Shown here in pieces: positions 37,901 to 48,953 of a stretch of 64,000 nt of DNA. The stretch covers positions 480,001 to 544,000 of the forward strand of contig CAXXQS010000002.1 in the NCBI GenBank assembly GCA_963674735.2. Reading direction: 5' to 3'. Under the pieces are notes generated by a model that saw only the letters and a program-made list of their open reading frames with translations, made no database searches and had not been told where the DNA came from. A program made the position numbers and the translations under genes. Position 1 is the first letter of the stretch, and each line of letters starts with the position of its first letter. Origin of the DNA: Myxococcota bacterium (lineage in GTDB: Bacteria; Myxococcota_A; SURF-8).

Positions 37901-40900
37901 ACGTTGACACGGCGAGACAACACTTCCAGCAGTTCGTCGTAATTCGCTTCGGACTCGTAGATATGCTCCAGTTGATCCAGAGCTTCCTGGTGTTTGGGAT
38001 CGTCGGCGATGATGGAACGGTAGTAGACCTTGGCCTGCCCCAGATCGTCGAGACGCTCCTGGTACAAGCGGGCGATGGACAAGCGGATGGCCGAGATTTC
38101 GTCCTCCGCGATCACCATGTGCAACTTGTGGCGCAGCTGTTCGACCAGGTCTTCGTAGCGGTCCAGACGCTGGAAGATCCCGATCAGGGCATCGTTGGCT
38201 TCCAGGCAGGCATCGTCCATCTTGAGCACCTGTTGCAGCGTGCGGATGGCGCGGTCGGTTTCGCCAAGATGGGTGTCGAAAATGTGGCCGACCTTCACGC
38301 CGACGATCACTTTCTGTTCAAGGTTCATATGCGGCACCTTGAGGTGATAGGCGTCGACCAATTCCTGCCAATCTTCGATGGTTTCGTAGTAATCGATCAG
38401 GAAGTCCACCGCCTGATCGTCATAGGCGCCCGTTTCGAGGAACATCTTGAAGTATTCGGCGGCCAGATCGGGATTCTCGGCCTTTTCTTCGTAGAGCCGC
38501 GCCACCTTCATGACCAGGACGCGGTAGAGCCGTGCGTCCGCCTCGATTTGGGGCAGGATGTCGCGAACCAAATGCGCCAGTTCCAAATGCTTGCCGGTGC
38601 TTTCGGCCAGCTCTTCCAGATGCGCCAGCAAGGCCTCGTCGGAGGGATCGCGGCGGAACACTTCGGCCAGAGCGCCGAAGGCCTGTTCGGGCTGCTGGAG
38701 GCGCGTTTCGTAGATTTCCGCCATCTGACGGTAGAGATCGGCCTGGTCGGCTTTTTCGAAGGCTTCGCTCAGCCGAATTTCCAGAATACCGATCAGTTCG
38801 GTCCACGCGCCGTCACGGCGGTAGATCGGTTCGAGCAGCTCGGCGGCCTGCAGGTTGCCCGGACGCAAACTCAAAACGCGTTCCAGGCACTGGCGCGTCT
38901 TGTCTAGGTTGTTCAAACGATCCTGCCACAGATCGGCCATGCGGAAGTTGAGGGCGACGATGTCCGACTCGTCCTCGCTGGCCGTAGCTTGCTTTTCGAG
39001 AATCTCCATGTGCAGTTCGTGGGCCGGTGAGTTCTGGAACATGCGCTCCAGTCGACCCAATTCGGCCAAGGTCGGCTCCATGCCGAGCACCTGGCGCGCC
39101 AGGCTCTCGCCTTCGGCCAGATTGTCGATGCGCTCGACCTGGATGGACGCGAGACGCAGATACAGGGAGCGCAGTTCGTCGCCCTGCACCTTCGGCACCA
39201 GCCGCTTCAGCAGCTCGGCCAATTCGCGCCAGTTCTGATTGGCGAGGTAGATTTCCTCCAGCGTGTCGATGACCTCCAGATCGTCGGGGGTATATTCGAG
39301 CACCTTGAGGTAAAGCTGGGTGGCCATGTCTTCGCGTTCGAGACGCAGGCGATAGACGCCGGCCATACGCTTGGTGAGCGCCGCGCGTTCCTGGCCGCCG
39401 CGTGCACCCCGCAGGCGTTTCTTGTAATGCGCCACCAACTCGTTCCACATTTCTTCGTGCTGGTACAGCTCTTCGAGCTTCACCATCACCTGCTCGTTCT
39501 GCTCGTCGAACTGCAAGACGCGATTCCAAAGCGGAATGGCTTCGCGGGCCTGACCGAGCTTTTCGTACAACACCTGGGCCATTTTTCCGTAGAGACGCGC
39601 CTTTTTGGTGTCGCCGCGCGCGATGCGCACTTCAGCCTTGTAGATCTCGATGAGCTCCGGCCATTCCTCTTCGGCTTCGTAGAGACGTTCGAGCGCCGCC
39701 AGCGCAACGGCGTTATCGGGCTGCTCGTCGAGCACCTGACGATAGACGTCGATGGCGGTGAGGTTGTCCTGCAGTTTTTCTTCCCACAAAGCGCCCAAAC
39801 GCAGACGCTGTTCGATCACTTCCTTCGGATCGTCGAACAACTCGAACTGGTTGGGAATCAATTCCACCAAATCGCTGTATTGCTCCAGGTGTTCGTAGAG
39901 ACGATCCAGAGCCAGCATGGCGGTGAAGTTTTTCGGATCGAGTTTCAGAACGCCCCGGTAGCTTTCCACCGCTTCTTCCGGGTTCTGCAACTGCTCTTCG
40001 TAAATCCGGGCGATTTTGGTGAGGATCTCCAGCTTGAGCGCTTCGTCGGCAACCTGGTCGAAGAAGGCGCGATAGGTATTGACCAGCCCCTCGAAACCGC
40101 CGGTCACAACCGCCAGGCGTTCCATTTCGAGTCGCGCGTCCTGATCGTGGAAATCCTCCTCGAAGATGCGGCAGGCGACCTGGAAGGCGCGCGAGGCATC
40201 CGACAGCTTGTGCTCGTAAAGCGATTTGATGCGACCGAGAACGGCGATGCGCTCGGCGGTTTCGCCCAGGGTGTCGAACTGCGATTCCAACAGATCCGCC
40301 AGACGCTCCCACCAACCCTTCGCTTCGAACAAAGGAGCCAGCACGTCGAGAACCTGACTTTGCAGATCGAGGTTGGCGATCATGTGCTCCAGGCTGCGGA
40401 TAGCGTCGAGGTATTCGTCGTCATCGTCGAGAATCGAGCGATAGACGTCAAAGGCTTCGGCGGCGTCTTCCAGACGTTCTTCGATAACCCGGCCCATGCG
40501 GTAGGTGAGTTCCAGCTTTTCAACCTTCTCATCGGCCAGCGCCACGCGCCGCGCCAAAATGCCGCGCAGGGCGCTCCAATCGGCCAACCCGGCGTACAGG
40601 CGATCGAGTTGATTCAAGGTGGGCAGGTGATCGGCATCGACATCCAGCACCTTGAGGTAGCAATCCACCGCGCCGTTTGGCTCGGAGAGCTGGTGTTCGC
40701 GCGTTTCGGCGGCGCGGGTGTAAAGGGCGATGCGCTCGGCCGTTTCCTCGCTCAGGTCGGCCTTGGTGAAGAACACGTCGACCAGTTCCTCCCACTTGGC
40801 CAACCGCTCGAAGATCTCTTCGAGGGCGTCGAGAGCCTGGAGGTTGTCGCCCTGCCGTTCACGGGCGGCCGAGTAATCGGCTTCGGCGGCGGCCGGATCG

Positions 40901-43900
40901 TCCTGCTCGCGCAGGCAGATACGACCGGCATTCAACAGGACGTCCACCTGCAAGGCGACATCGTCGTTTCCGGCGACCCGGTTGCGATAGGCGGCGGCCA
41001 GTTCGTCGAAACGGTTGGTTTCGGCGGCCAGACGTTCCATTTGCTCGCGGATGGCTTCGTTGGGTACATCGTTGATAAACGCGCTGACGGTGAACGCAAA
41101 GGCACGGTCGAGCAGGTTGAGTTCGATTTCCGCCAGATCGGCCATGCGCAGGAACAGGTCGCGCTTGGGCTCGCCCGCATCGGCGTATTCGGCCTGAATC
41201 GCCAATACGTCGATCAATTCGGCGGAAAGGCTTTCCTTGGTGTAGATGGGCTCCATGAAACGGGCGGCGGCCAGCTCGGAGTCGCTCTCGACGAGCATGC
41301 CTTCCATGGCTTCACGGCAAGCCGGATGCGCATTGTTTTCGGACAGGACTCCGGCGAAGACATCGAAGGCCGCCTGCCAGTCGGATACTTTTTCCCAGTA
41401 GACCATACCGATGGCGTAGCGCAGATCCCAGCGTTGTTCGTCGGTCTCGGCGATCTCGAGTTGGCGGCTGCGCATGGCGATCAGCTTGTCCCACAACGAT
41501 TCGACGGTGCTCAGGCGTACCAAGGCGCGCAGCACGTCATCGTCGCTATCGTCCATTTCAAGCATGCGCTCATAGGTGCCGATGGCGTCGAGGTTCTGCC
41601 CCAGCTCCTCTTCGAAGATGTTGCAGATCTGGAAGAGGATGTTTTTCTTGTCTTCCAGGCCTTCGGTGATTCCGTTTTTGGATTCCAGGATCTCGATGAG
41701 TTCCGGCCATTTTTTCTGCAGCGAGTAAATACGCTCCAGATAGCCCAGCGCCTCGGGATGGTCGGGATGCAGCTCCAGCACATGGCGATAGTAACCGGCG
41801 GCCGTTTCCACTTCCTGCAGGTAGGTCTCGGTGATGTGCGCCAGGTTCATCAGCAGGTCGACCATATCGGCGGCCTGGGTGTCGGAATCGAGTTTGTCGA
41901 TCTCTTCCAGATACAGGGTGGCGAGCTGTTCGTACATGCCCAGCAGACCCGCCAGCCGCTCCAACTCCGACTGCACGAAGTCGTCGGTGGGCCTTTCGCG
42001 GAAGGCGCGCGTAAAGACGCCGTAGGCCATGTTGGTCTGATCGAGGCGGTCTTCGTAGGCTTGCGCCATGGCCTTGAGCAGACGCACGCGCTCGGGGATA
42101 TCGTCGGAATGGGAGAACTGGTGTTCCTGCATGTCGATCATGCGGTTCCAGTCTTCGCGGTCACGGTAGAAGGGCTCCATGAACTGCGCCAGTTCGGCCT
42201 GGAACTCGTCGCGCTCGACGTATTCCTCCAGTTTGATGAGGGCTTCCTCATCCGCGCTGTCGACCGTGATCACATCCTTGTACAGATCCTTGGCGGTCAC
42301 GAAGTCGTCGAGCCGTTCCTCGTGAATAACGGCCTTGTCCAGCTTGAGGCGGTTCTGCTCGGCGGGGTAATCGATGAGCGAAATCTTGTGCGCCAGCAAA
42401 CCCGCCAGCTTTTCCCATTGTTCCTGTTGGGTGTAGAGGCCGAGCAGGTGGTCGACCACTTCGATGTCCTGGGGCGTCAGATCGAGAACTTGCTCGTAAT
42501 AAGGCGTGGTGCCCATGGGATCGTCGAGTTGATGTTCGAACAGAATGCAGATGTTCTGGTACAGCTCTTTTTTCTCGGCGATGTCTTCGGTGAGTTCGAT
42601 GCGCTGCAGGTAGATATCGCGCAGTTCCTCCCAGCGTTCGGTTTTGCGGCACAGGCCTTCAAGCGCGCCGATGGCGGTCATGTTGTTGCGATCGCGGTCA
42701 AGCACTTTGCGGTAAGCGCGAATCGAATCTTCCTGGAAGGCCAGGATGTCTTCATACAAACGCGCCGCCTTGATGAACAAGGTGGTCGATTCATCGTCCT
42801 CTTCGGCGGCCGTACCGGCGTTTTCATACACCTCGGCCAGCTCTTTCCAGGCCCCCAGTTCGCCTGCCAGTTTTTCCAATTCTTCGAGCGCGGCCTCATT
42901 GCGGCAGTCGTCGATGAAGACACGCGCGAATCCCTCGAAGGCCTTTTCGGGATCCTGCAGTTTTTCCTGGTAGATGTTGGACAGCTTGGCCAGCAGCTTG
43001 GCCTTTTCCTGCGTATCCTCTTCGTGGCGAATCTGGATTTCGTAGACGTTCACCAGCCGTTTCCAGTCGGCCACTTTGATGTATTTCTGTTCCATCTCGT
43101 TGGCGATGGTGAGCTGGGTGGTGTCCTGGGCCAGCAGACGGTCGACCAGCGCCCCCACCACCGGGTAGTTCCAGTAGTTGCGCACCAGTTCCAGGTACAA
43201 TTCCATGGCTTCGTCGCGACGGTCCAGGTTGTTTTCGAGCAGCGAACCGATCTGAATTTTGACCGGCAGAATCTCGTCGTCCTCACGCAGGTATTTGAGT
43301 TTGCGTTCCAGCAGGTCGAGCAAGTCGGCGTAACGTTCCTGATCGCCGTAAATCTCCTCCATTTTGTCGAAGACCTGCGGGTCGTTCTCGCGTTCCTCCA
43401 TCAGGTCGGACAAAATCTCCAGCGAGCGATCGGGATCACCCAGACGGCGGAAGCGCAGATCGGCCATTTCCAGAGCCGATTCGCGCCGGACGTTTTTCTC
43501 GGCGGCCACGGCGCATTTTTTCTCCAGCAGATCGGCCAGTTCCGAGGCATCGTCGCGGGCGCGGGCCAGATCGATCAGGGCATCGATGGCCGCCTCGTTT
43601 TCGGCTTCCACATCGAGAATGTCGAGATAACGTTGACGGGCGGCGTCGGTATCTTCCAGCACCGCCAGTTCGGTTTCGGCCAGGGCGAACAGCAGGCTGA
43701 CCCGCTCGGCGTCTTCCAGTTCCTGTTCGAGCTTGTCGTCACCCAGAATAATGAAGGTGGCCTGCTCGTTGGTTTCGGTGGCACATAACGCCAGTTCCTT
43801 GAGCAGCCCCACGCCGCGGCCGTCCAAAAAGGCCTTGCCGTACCATTCGAGGGCTTTGACGTAATCGGCGAATTCCTCCTCATAAAGCGAGGCCACGCGC

Positions 43901-46900
43901 ACGGCGAGCTGATAGGCATCGTCGCCTTCGGCATAGCCGTATTGGATGGTCAACACATGAATGAGTTTATCGAAATCGCGGCGATCTTCGAAGATGGGCC
44001 GCAGGGTCTCGGCTACGATACGATCGGCTTTCCCTTCCTCGCGGAAACGGTCCATGGCGGCGAAGGCGGCGACATGCTGCGGATCTTCGGCCAGCACGGC
44101 GGCGTTGAGCTTGGCCGCTTCGTCGTAGTCATCGAGCCGGTCGGCGTGAATGGCCGCCAGGCGGACTTTGACGGCGATGCGCTCGGCCGGGTCGTCCACT
44201 TTCTCCAATTTGTCGAGCAAGGTCAAAACGGCGGCTTCCCATTGTTCGGCCGCTTCCTGCAGGCGCAGCAGTTCATCCAGCGCGCGCAGGTTGTCGGGAT
44301 CGCTTTCGAGCACGCGGTTCAGCAGCACCTGGGCCGAATCGTTTTTGTCGAGCCGTCGTTCGTAGACGTCGGCGATTTTAAACAGGGTCTGCGCCTTGTC
44401 GGCGGGATCCGGCTGAACGGCGGCCAGCTTTTCGCCGAAGGCGGCCAGCTGCACCCACTGTTCGGTTTGCTCGAAGAAACCGGCGACCTGGTTCAGGGTC
44501 TCGGGTTCATCGGGTCGCGTCTCGGCGGCGGTGAGGTAATGGTGCTCGGCCTGCTCGGCGTCCTGCATCCCTTCCCAGTAAAGCGCACCCAGGCTCAGCG
44601 CCAGTCGCACCTTCTGGTCGTCGTCGTCCACCGCACCCGCCTTGGCTTCCAGCAGATCGAGCAGATCGCTCTGCTTGCCCAGCTTGCGCGAGGCCTCCAA
44701 GGCCAGCTTGAGAAAATCGGCATTCTGGTAGGGGGTTTTCAAGCCCTCTTTGATCCACGAAAACGCATCCTCGGGTAACGAGCGATCGGTAAAGTAAAGA
44801 TCGGCCAGCTTGTGGCACAGCGCCCCGCGGGTTTCGGCATCCTCTTCACTGAGGATCAGCGCTTCATAACCGGCGGCCAGTTTGTCGAAGCGCTCCAGCT
44901 TGCGGTAATACGATTCCAGACCGCGGAAGATATCGTTGACCAGCACACCTTCGTTGAGCAGCTCTTCCAGCATTTCGATGGCGGGCAGGTGAGCGGGATC
45001 GGTATCCAGCACGGCCAGATAGGCTTTGGCCGCCCCTTCCGCATCGTCGAGGTTGCGACGGCGAATGTTACCCAGCTTGAAGTTGAGGTTGACCTTCTCC
45101 GGCAGCGAGGTAATGACTTCCAACTCGCGCACGATGACCGTCCCCAGCTCCTCCCATTGCGCGGCTTCCTCATGCAGCTCTTCCAGGCGTTTGAGGGCGT
45201 CGAGCTCGTCGGGATCGACCGCCAGGACGTCCTGGTAGGCGGCGATGGCGCTTTCGGCATCGATCAATTCCAGTTCGAAGATGCGCGCCCGCTCCATTAG
45301 CACGTCGCGGCGCTCTTCCATATCTTCGGTGATACGCGCTTTTCGATTCAGCACGTCCACCATGTTTTCCCAGCGAAGATCCTTGGAGTAAAGACGGCTC
45401 AAGGCGTCCAGCACATCCAGCTCGGCTTCGTCGTCCAGCAATTCCTGGTAGCAGGCTTCGGCATCTTCATACTGGCTGAGTTCGCGGTCGTAAATCTGCC
45501 CCAGGCGGAATTTGAGGCTGCGCCAGTTGGCGGGCTTGGGATCGAGATCGAGGACGCGCCCCAGAAGCGCCACCAGATCCTCCCAGCGCTCCAGTTCGAT
45601 GGTCAGTTCTTCGAGTTCGCCCCAAACCGCTTCGTCGGTCGCATCCAATTCGAAGGCGGCGGCATAGTGGGTGAAGGCCGGATCGAGCTTGCCCACCCGC
45701 GTGCGCAGCAATTCGCCCAGCTTCAATTCGAGCTCGCGGCGCTCGCCGTCGTCGGCGGCTCCGTCGAGAACCACGGGATACACGTCCAGCAGTTCTTCCC
45801 AGCGGCCGTTCTCCGTGTACAGCTCCACCAGCTTGCGGGCGGCTTCGACGGAAGCGGAATTCAACTCGCGTGCCTGCTCCAGATGTTGAATGGCGGCGGC
45901 AATATCGCCGGACTGGGTTTCGGCCAGACGCGCCAGGCCGAGATGCGTATCGAATTTGGAGCTGGCTTCATAACAGCGCCCCAGGCGATCGTTCAACAGG
46001 TCTTTGAGTTGATCCCACTGTTCGCGCTCGGCCAGATCGCTTTCCACCTGACGATAGGCTTCGTTGTGTTCGGCATCGAGTTGGATAATCTGGCGGTACA
46101 ATTCCAGGGCGTCGCTGCGGCGGTCCAGCTTGTCCAAAAACAGCTTGGCAGCCTTGTCCATCGCCTCCACCTTGAGCGGTTCTTCAAACGTACGCTCGAC
46201 GATGTCGCGGTAGAAATCGGCCAGACGCAGCCAGCTTTCGCTTTCGAGCAGGAAACGCTCGCCCAGCAGCATGGCGCGCCGGTTGTTGGCATCGAGAATC
46301 AACCCCTTCTCGATGGCGGACATGATGTCCTCATCGCGGTCGGGGGCGTAGAGGTAATAAATGGCGGCAACTTTGAGGTAAATCGCCGAGGCTTCGCGCT
46401 TGTCGGAAATATTGATGGCCTCTTCCTGGTAGCGGCGGGTGAGTTTTTCCCAGCGCTGATCGAGGGAATCCAGTTCTTCCAGGCGCTTCTTGGCCGCTTT
46501 CGACTTGGGTTGCAGCTCCAATACCTTATTGAGGTAGGTAACGGCACGCTCTTTCTCGAACGGATCTTCGGCCAGAGTGAGGCCGACTTCGAGATAAAGC
46601 TCGCCACGCGCTTTTTTATCGTCCAGCAGCGCGTCTTCGCGCTCCACCAGTTCGAGGGCGTGATCGACGTCGTAAACCCGGAAGTAATAAGCCTTGAGAC
46701 GGCGCAGCGAGTCGAGATGTTCGGGAGCGGCTTGTTGCGCGAGCCGCAGCGCTTCGACCTGCTTGCTTTCGTTGCCAAGCTCTTCCAGCCACAAAACGGC
46801 GGCCTCGGTGAAAAGATCGGCCTGTTCGTTCGGCGTTTCGCGATGTCCGGCTTCCTGTTCGAGCAGACGGATCAAGGCTTCCCACTGGCGGCCGTCGCGA

Positions 46901-47202
46901 TAGCGTTCCTTCAGTTCCTTCAACGCGCGGGCGTTGAGCGGATCGGCATCGAGCACCTTCTGTAAGCATTGCTCGACTTTGTCGAGTTTGGCCAGGCGCT
47001 CGGCATAGATATCGGCGGCTTTAAATAACAGATCGGGTACCTGTTGCGACCCGGCGGTGCGGCCGGCGCGCTCTTCGTAAATCGCAGCCAACTCTCCCCA
47101 TCGCTCCTGGTCTTGGTATATCGTCGCCAGCGCTTCGAAAGCCGGGACGTTATCCGGGGATGTTTCTAGGATTTTCAGGTAGTTCCGAATCTGTTTCTCC
47201 AT
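34969..47202 (-). CDS. Giant TPR protein (4077 aa), AgmK/GltI-like
   Basis: Dozens of helical repeats of the form A..YxxVLxxdP....AlxALExLY....W..L; directly upstream of the AgmX-like gene; GAGGT RBS. Confidence 0.85.
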   Translation of the reverse strand: MEKQIRNYLKILETSPDNVPAFEALATIYQDQERWGELAAIYEERAGRTAGSQQVPDLLFKAADIYAERLAKLDKVEQCLQKVLDADPLNARALKELKERYRDGRQWEALIRLLEQEAGHRETPNEQADLFTEAAVLWLEELGNESKQVEALRLAQQAAPEHLDSLRRLKAYYFRVYDVDHALELVEREDALLDDKKARGELYLEVGLTLAEDPFEKERAVTYLNKVLELQPKSKAAKKRLEELDSLDQRWEKLTRRYQEEAINISDKREASAIYLKVAAIYYLYAPDRDEDIMSAIEKGLILDANNRRAMLLGERFLLESESWLRLADFYRDIVERTFEEPLKVEAMDKAAKLFLDKLDRRSDALELYRQIIQLDAEHNEAYRQVESDLAEREQWDQLKDLLNDRLGRCYEASSKFDTHLGLARLAETQSGDIAAAIQHLEQARELNSASVEAARKLVELYTENGRWEELLDVYPVVLDGAADDGERRELELKLGELLRTRVGKLDPAFTHYAAAFELDATDEAVWGELEELTIELERWEDLVALLGRVLDLDPKPANWRSLKFRLGQIYDRELSQYEDAEACYQELLDDEAELDVLDALSRLYSKDLRWENMVDVLNRKARITEDMEERRDVLMERARIFELELIDAESAIAAYQDVLAVDPDELDALKRLEELHEEAAQWEELGTVIVRELEVITSLPEKVNLNFKLGNIRRRNLDDAEGAAKAYLAVLDTDPAHLPAIEMLEELLNEGVLVNDIFRGLESYYRKLERFDKLAAGYEALILSEEDAETRGALCHKLADLYFTDRSLPEDAFSWIKEGLKTPYQNADFLKLALEASRKLGKQSDLLDLLEAKAGAVDDDDQKVRLALSLGALYWEGMQDAEQAEHHYLTAAETRPDEPETLNQVAGFFEQTEQWVQLAAFGEKLAAVQPDPADKAQTLFKIADVYERRLDKNDSAQVLLNRVLESDPDNLRALDELLRLQEAAEQWEAAVLTLLDKLEKVDDPAERIAVKVRLAAIHADRLDDYDEAAKLNAAVLAEDPQHVAAFAAMDRFREEGKADRIVAETLRPIFEDRRDFDKLIHVLTIQYGYAEGDDAYQLAVRVASLYEEEFADYVKALEWYGKAFLDGRGVGLLKELALCATETNEQATFIILGDDKLEQELEDAERVSLLFALAETELAVLEDTDAARQRYLDILDVEAENEAAIDALIDLARARDDASELADLLEKKCAVAAEKNVRRESALEMADLRFRRLGDPDRSLEILSDLMEERENDPQVFDKMEEIYGDQERYADLLDLLERKLKYLREDDEILPVKIQIGSLLENNLDRRDEAMELYLELVRNYWNYPVVGALVDRLLAQDTTQLTIANEMEQKYIKVADWKRLVNVYEIQIRHEEDTQEKAKLLAKLSNIYQEKLQDPEKAFEGFARVFIDDCRNEAALEELEKLAGELGAWKELAEVYENAGTAAEEDDESTTLFIKAARLYEDILAFQEDSIRAYRKVLDRDRNNMTAIGALEGLCRKTERWEELRDIYLQRIELTEDIAEKKELYQNICILFEHQLDDPMGTTPYYEQVLDLTPQDIEVVDHLLGLYTQQEQWEKLAGLLAHKISLIDYPAEQNRLKLDKAVIHEERLDDFVTAKDLYKDVITVDSADEEALIKLEEYVERDEFQAELAQFMEPFYRDREDWNRMIDMQEHQFSHSDDIPERVRLLKAMAQAYEDRLDQTNMAYGVFTRAFRERPTDDFVQSELERLAGLLGMYEQLATLYLEEIDKLDSDTQAADMVDLLMNLAHITETYLQEVETAAGYYRHVLELHPDHPEALGYLERIYSLQKKWPELIEILESKNGITEGLEDKKNILFQICNIFEEELGQNLDAIGTYERMLEMDDSDDDVLRALVRLSTVESLWDKLIAMRSRQLEIAETDEQRWDLRYAIGMVYWEKVSDWQAAFDVFAGVLSENNAHPACREAMEGMLVESDSELAAARFMEPIYTKESLSAELIDVLAIQAEYADAGEPKRDLFLRMADLAEIELNLLDRAFAFTVSAFINDVPNEAIREQMERLAAETNRFDELAAAYRNRVAGNDDVALQVDVLLNAGRICLREQDDPAAAEADYSAARERQGDNLQALDALEEIFERLAKWEELVDVFFTKADLSEETAERIALYTRAAETREHQLSEPNGAVDCYLKVLDVDADHLPTLNQLDRLYAGLADWSALRGILARRVALADEKVEKLELTYRMGRVIEERLEDAAEAFDVYRSILDDDDEYLDAIRSLEHMIANLDLQSQVLDVLAPLFEAKGWWERLADLLESQFDTLGETAERIAVLGRIKSLYEHKLSDASRAFQVACRIFEEDFHDQDARLEMERLAVVTGGFEGLVNTYRAFFDQVADEALKLEILTKIARIYEEQLQNPEEAVESYRGVLKLDPKNFTAMLALDRLYEHLEQYSDLVELIPNQFELFDDPKEVIEQRLRLGALWEEKLQDNLTAIDVYRQVLDEQPDNAVALAALERLYEAEEEWPELIEIYKAEVRIARGDTKKARLYGKMAQVLYEKLGQAREAIPLWNRVLQFDEQNEQVMVKLEELYQHEEMWNELVAHYKKRLRGARGGQERAALTKRMAGVYRLRLEREDMATQLYLKVLEYTPDDLEVIDTLEEIYLANQNWRELAELLKRLVPKVQGDELRSLYLRLASIQVERIDNLAEGESLARQVLGMEPTLAELGRLERMFQNSPAHELHMEILEKQATASEDESDIVALNFRMADLWQDRLNNLDKTRQCLERVLSLRPGNLQAAELLEPIYRRDGAWTELIGILEIRLSEAFEKADQADLYRQMAEIYETRLQQPEQAFGALAEVFRRDPSDEALLAHLEELAESTGKHLELAHLVRDILPQIEADARLYRVLVMKVARLYEEKAENPDLAAEYFKMFLETGAYDDQAVDFLIDYYETIEDWQELVDAYHLKVPHMNLEQKVIVGVKVGHIFDTHLGETDRAIRTLQQVLKMDDACLEANDALIGIFQRLDRYEDLVEQLRHKLHMVIAEDEISAIRLSIARLYQERLDDLGQAKVYYRSIIADDPKHQEALDQLEHIYESEANYDELLEVLSRRVNVAEADADKLSIYRKMADIWETKFEQLDMAVNYLEKMLAIQPNNMEAIATLERIYREAADWPALASTYQRHIDQVIDADEIVRLYTEMGKIYGEYLFQPAKAIEYFQKALKIDETNLGVMRALSELYIANEKWDEAIETLDDLAGLADDKAERVDALARLGQLYLDNLGDREKAKAVFDRMVAEDPTFVPALRALRQYYAATENWPEFLRMVEEEKRYVEDPREKAELLYEEGRYYHDMERDVDGALTLYREALELADTFAPVLRVLGHIYFERQEWEAGQNVLARLLDLPDELTEADKAQVHYKLAYISEQQNDDSEALKHYTASYKLDSNNLATLEGLARALYKREDWERAFRVYQTILVRFRERKSVPELVELFCRLGEVNGQIEKNDVAVRMYEKALELDPESVRALKAIVFFYESLENWKKVLQFRSKLIKRLQGDELFEQWRAIGDVYSDRLDAPDKGLEAYRYALEIKANDVELLAKVSKLLVSAGNIEDAIGVLKSAVSIETDPDRLIFLDLELGNLLREHDENPEACLTYYNHALDLKPERLDVFEMIEDLLLKQENWEELDNNYRLMIARLPNEQAERRLDLWKKLGTLLADKAGNLDDAIKAWEVVAQLEPDNEEVQEHIADLYARSPEYREQAIAMHRSLIAKKPERINSYRALWKISFESEHFDEAFCFGSAVAALGETEVPAAAFYKENLHEVKREAINTLDRQLWGSLLLHEDARHNVGQILNILFHHMSGLMPSDLRKENLKKKDRLDLGEHLNFCTTTTYILKALGLPQPDIYTRKGYGPGVEPLPIRPAGLLIGADAFENYPQRELVFLVAKNAVLARPDFLTTLTLPAEQIRSLLDASTLLFDAGFKGKTDAKTAKNLSKQIDRALPKKLRPTLSGFVSEYAQIADDLDIDRWRRALVLSANRAGMLMCNDLSTAIETLKKHKSPVGKVSTDDLVADLIAFSISEAYFHLRNYLGFSIL

Positions 47203-47761
47203 ACCGACACCTCTTCCGCCTGCGGGGACTCATGCCCACGGTTGCCCATGGTTGCCCCCAAATAAAAGTTTGCGTTAACGCATACCCTTCTCAACAAACG
47301 CCCCACCGGGCGCGAGTGGTTGGATCCTTCGCGTGAGTGCTGACAGGGCGAATCCTGCGTCTCCGACTTCCTCTGGGATCACGCGCCGTTCGGTCACGGC
47401 GATTATGGTTTCAGCGTAAGATTCAGAGTCTGCAACTTGGTTACAGATCAACGCTAAAGCTAGCATTAATTCGAACATTGTCAAATTAATTACCCCGAAC
47501 ATCGCACCTTCCGTCCACCCTCCTAAGAAAAAGACAAGTATGCGAAATATCACTCAAAATATAATCTTAATGAGACACGGAACAAGCCGGCTATTCCCTC
47601 GATTTTGCAGGTTTTCCCTTTCCGAAATTTACATCAATGTAGATTCTCCGGATCAATCGCCGGTCCACCGCGAACGGCAAGCGGCTTGTGTCGCAGCCGG
47701 GTTTATGGTACATCCTGGACAAAGCGAATCACACAACACTGCACTAAATGGGAGAACGGAT

Positions 47762-48526
47762 ATGCACGAAACCCTCGATATGAAAGGCAAAGTCGCCATT
47801 ATCACCGGCGCCAGCCGCGGTATCGGAAAAGAAATCGCCAAAGAAATGGCGCACCTGGGCTGCGACGTGGCCCTGTTGTCGCGCAAGCAGGAGGCGCTGG
47901 ACGTCGTGGCGGAAGAAATCCGTAAGGATTACGGGGTAAAAGCCCTACCGCTGGCCTGCCATTGCGGCAAAGCCGAGGCCATTGGTCCGGCGGTGGAGAA
48001 AATCGCGGCCGAACTGGGACGCATCGATGTGCTGGTTAACAACGCCGCCACCAACCCGCACTTCGGCCTGGCCATCGACGGCGATTGGGGCATGTTCGAA
48101 AAGATCTTGCAAACCAACGTGTTGGGTTACTTCGCCATGATCAAAGCGGCCGCCCCGCACATGGACAAAGTCGGCGGCGGCAGCATCGTCAACCTCACCT
48201 CCGTCGCCGGAATCAGCCCCATGCCCTTTATCGGCTTGTATTCGGTCTCGAAAGCAGCGGTGATCTCGCTCACCAAGACGCTGGCGCGCGAAATGGGCCC
48301 ACGCAACATCCGTATCAACGCGGTCGCACCGGGATTGATCGACACCGATTTCTCCAAGGCGCTGATTTCCAATCCCACGATCCTGGAAGAGGCGCTCAAA
48401 AGCCACGCCATCCACCGCGTGGGAAAACCCGACGAACCGGCCCGGGTGGTGGCGTTTCTGGCCAGCCCGGCGGCGAGCTTCGTCACCGGCGCGATTTACA
48501 CCGTGGACGGCGGCAGCACGATCTGA
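47762..48526 (+). CDS. Short-chain dehydrogenase/reductase (DHRS4-like)
   Basis: [26 protein letters not shown] and VDGG motifs. Confidence 0.93.
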   Translation: MHETLDMKGKVAIITGASRGIGKEIAKEMAHLGCDVALLSRKQEALDVVAEEIRKDYGVKALPLACHCGKAEAIGPAVEKIAAELGRIDVLVNNAATNPHFGLAIDGDWGMFEKILQTNVLGYFAMIKAAAPHMDKVGGGSIVNLTSVAGISPMPFIGLYSVSKAAVISLTKTLAREMGPRNIRINAVAPGLIDTDFSKALISNPTILEEALKSHAIHRVGKPDEPARVVAFLASPAASFVTGAIYTVDGGSTI

Positions 48527-48953
48527 CCGACGCTCAAGCAGCAAGCCTGTAACCGGATACCGGCCCGCTCACTCGGAAGACTCGCTCAAGGCGGCATCTT
48601 CGCACGAGGAGCGGGCTTTTTTCTTGCCACGTTAGGCAGGAACAGGGTTCTGTCCGGCTCCGACGGAAAGTGAATAAACTTTCTCTCATACACATCCATT
48701 TAACAGGGAGTATGCATCCCTTTATTGCGCCTGCCCCAGTACTCCCACCATTCGACCCATCCGCCACTGTAACAAGCGGAGCTATCGGACATATTTGTCG
48801 CACTTGCTGTCCGTTCCGCCGGGTTGTCGAGTCCTTATCCATGCAACAACAGTAAATTTACATGCACATACAGACTTGGCTTAGGTTTTGCAAATGTCAC
48901 GACCGCAACAAGCAAACCGGACGGTAAAAGCAGGATAACAAGGGAGGCATGAC

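Noticed and set aside
39427-43788. 1453 aa plus-strand ORF (and 36589-38907, 772 aa) antisense to the giant TPR gene
   Set aside because: Shadow frames expected from strong GC codon bias; no recognisable motifs.
47203-47761. Possible ncRNA or small ORF (47275-47553) in the divergent intergenic region
   Set aside because: No recognisable RNA family motif or protein signature; most simply promoter and leader sequence.
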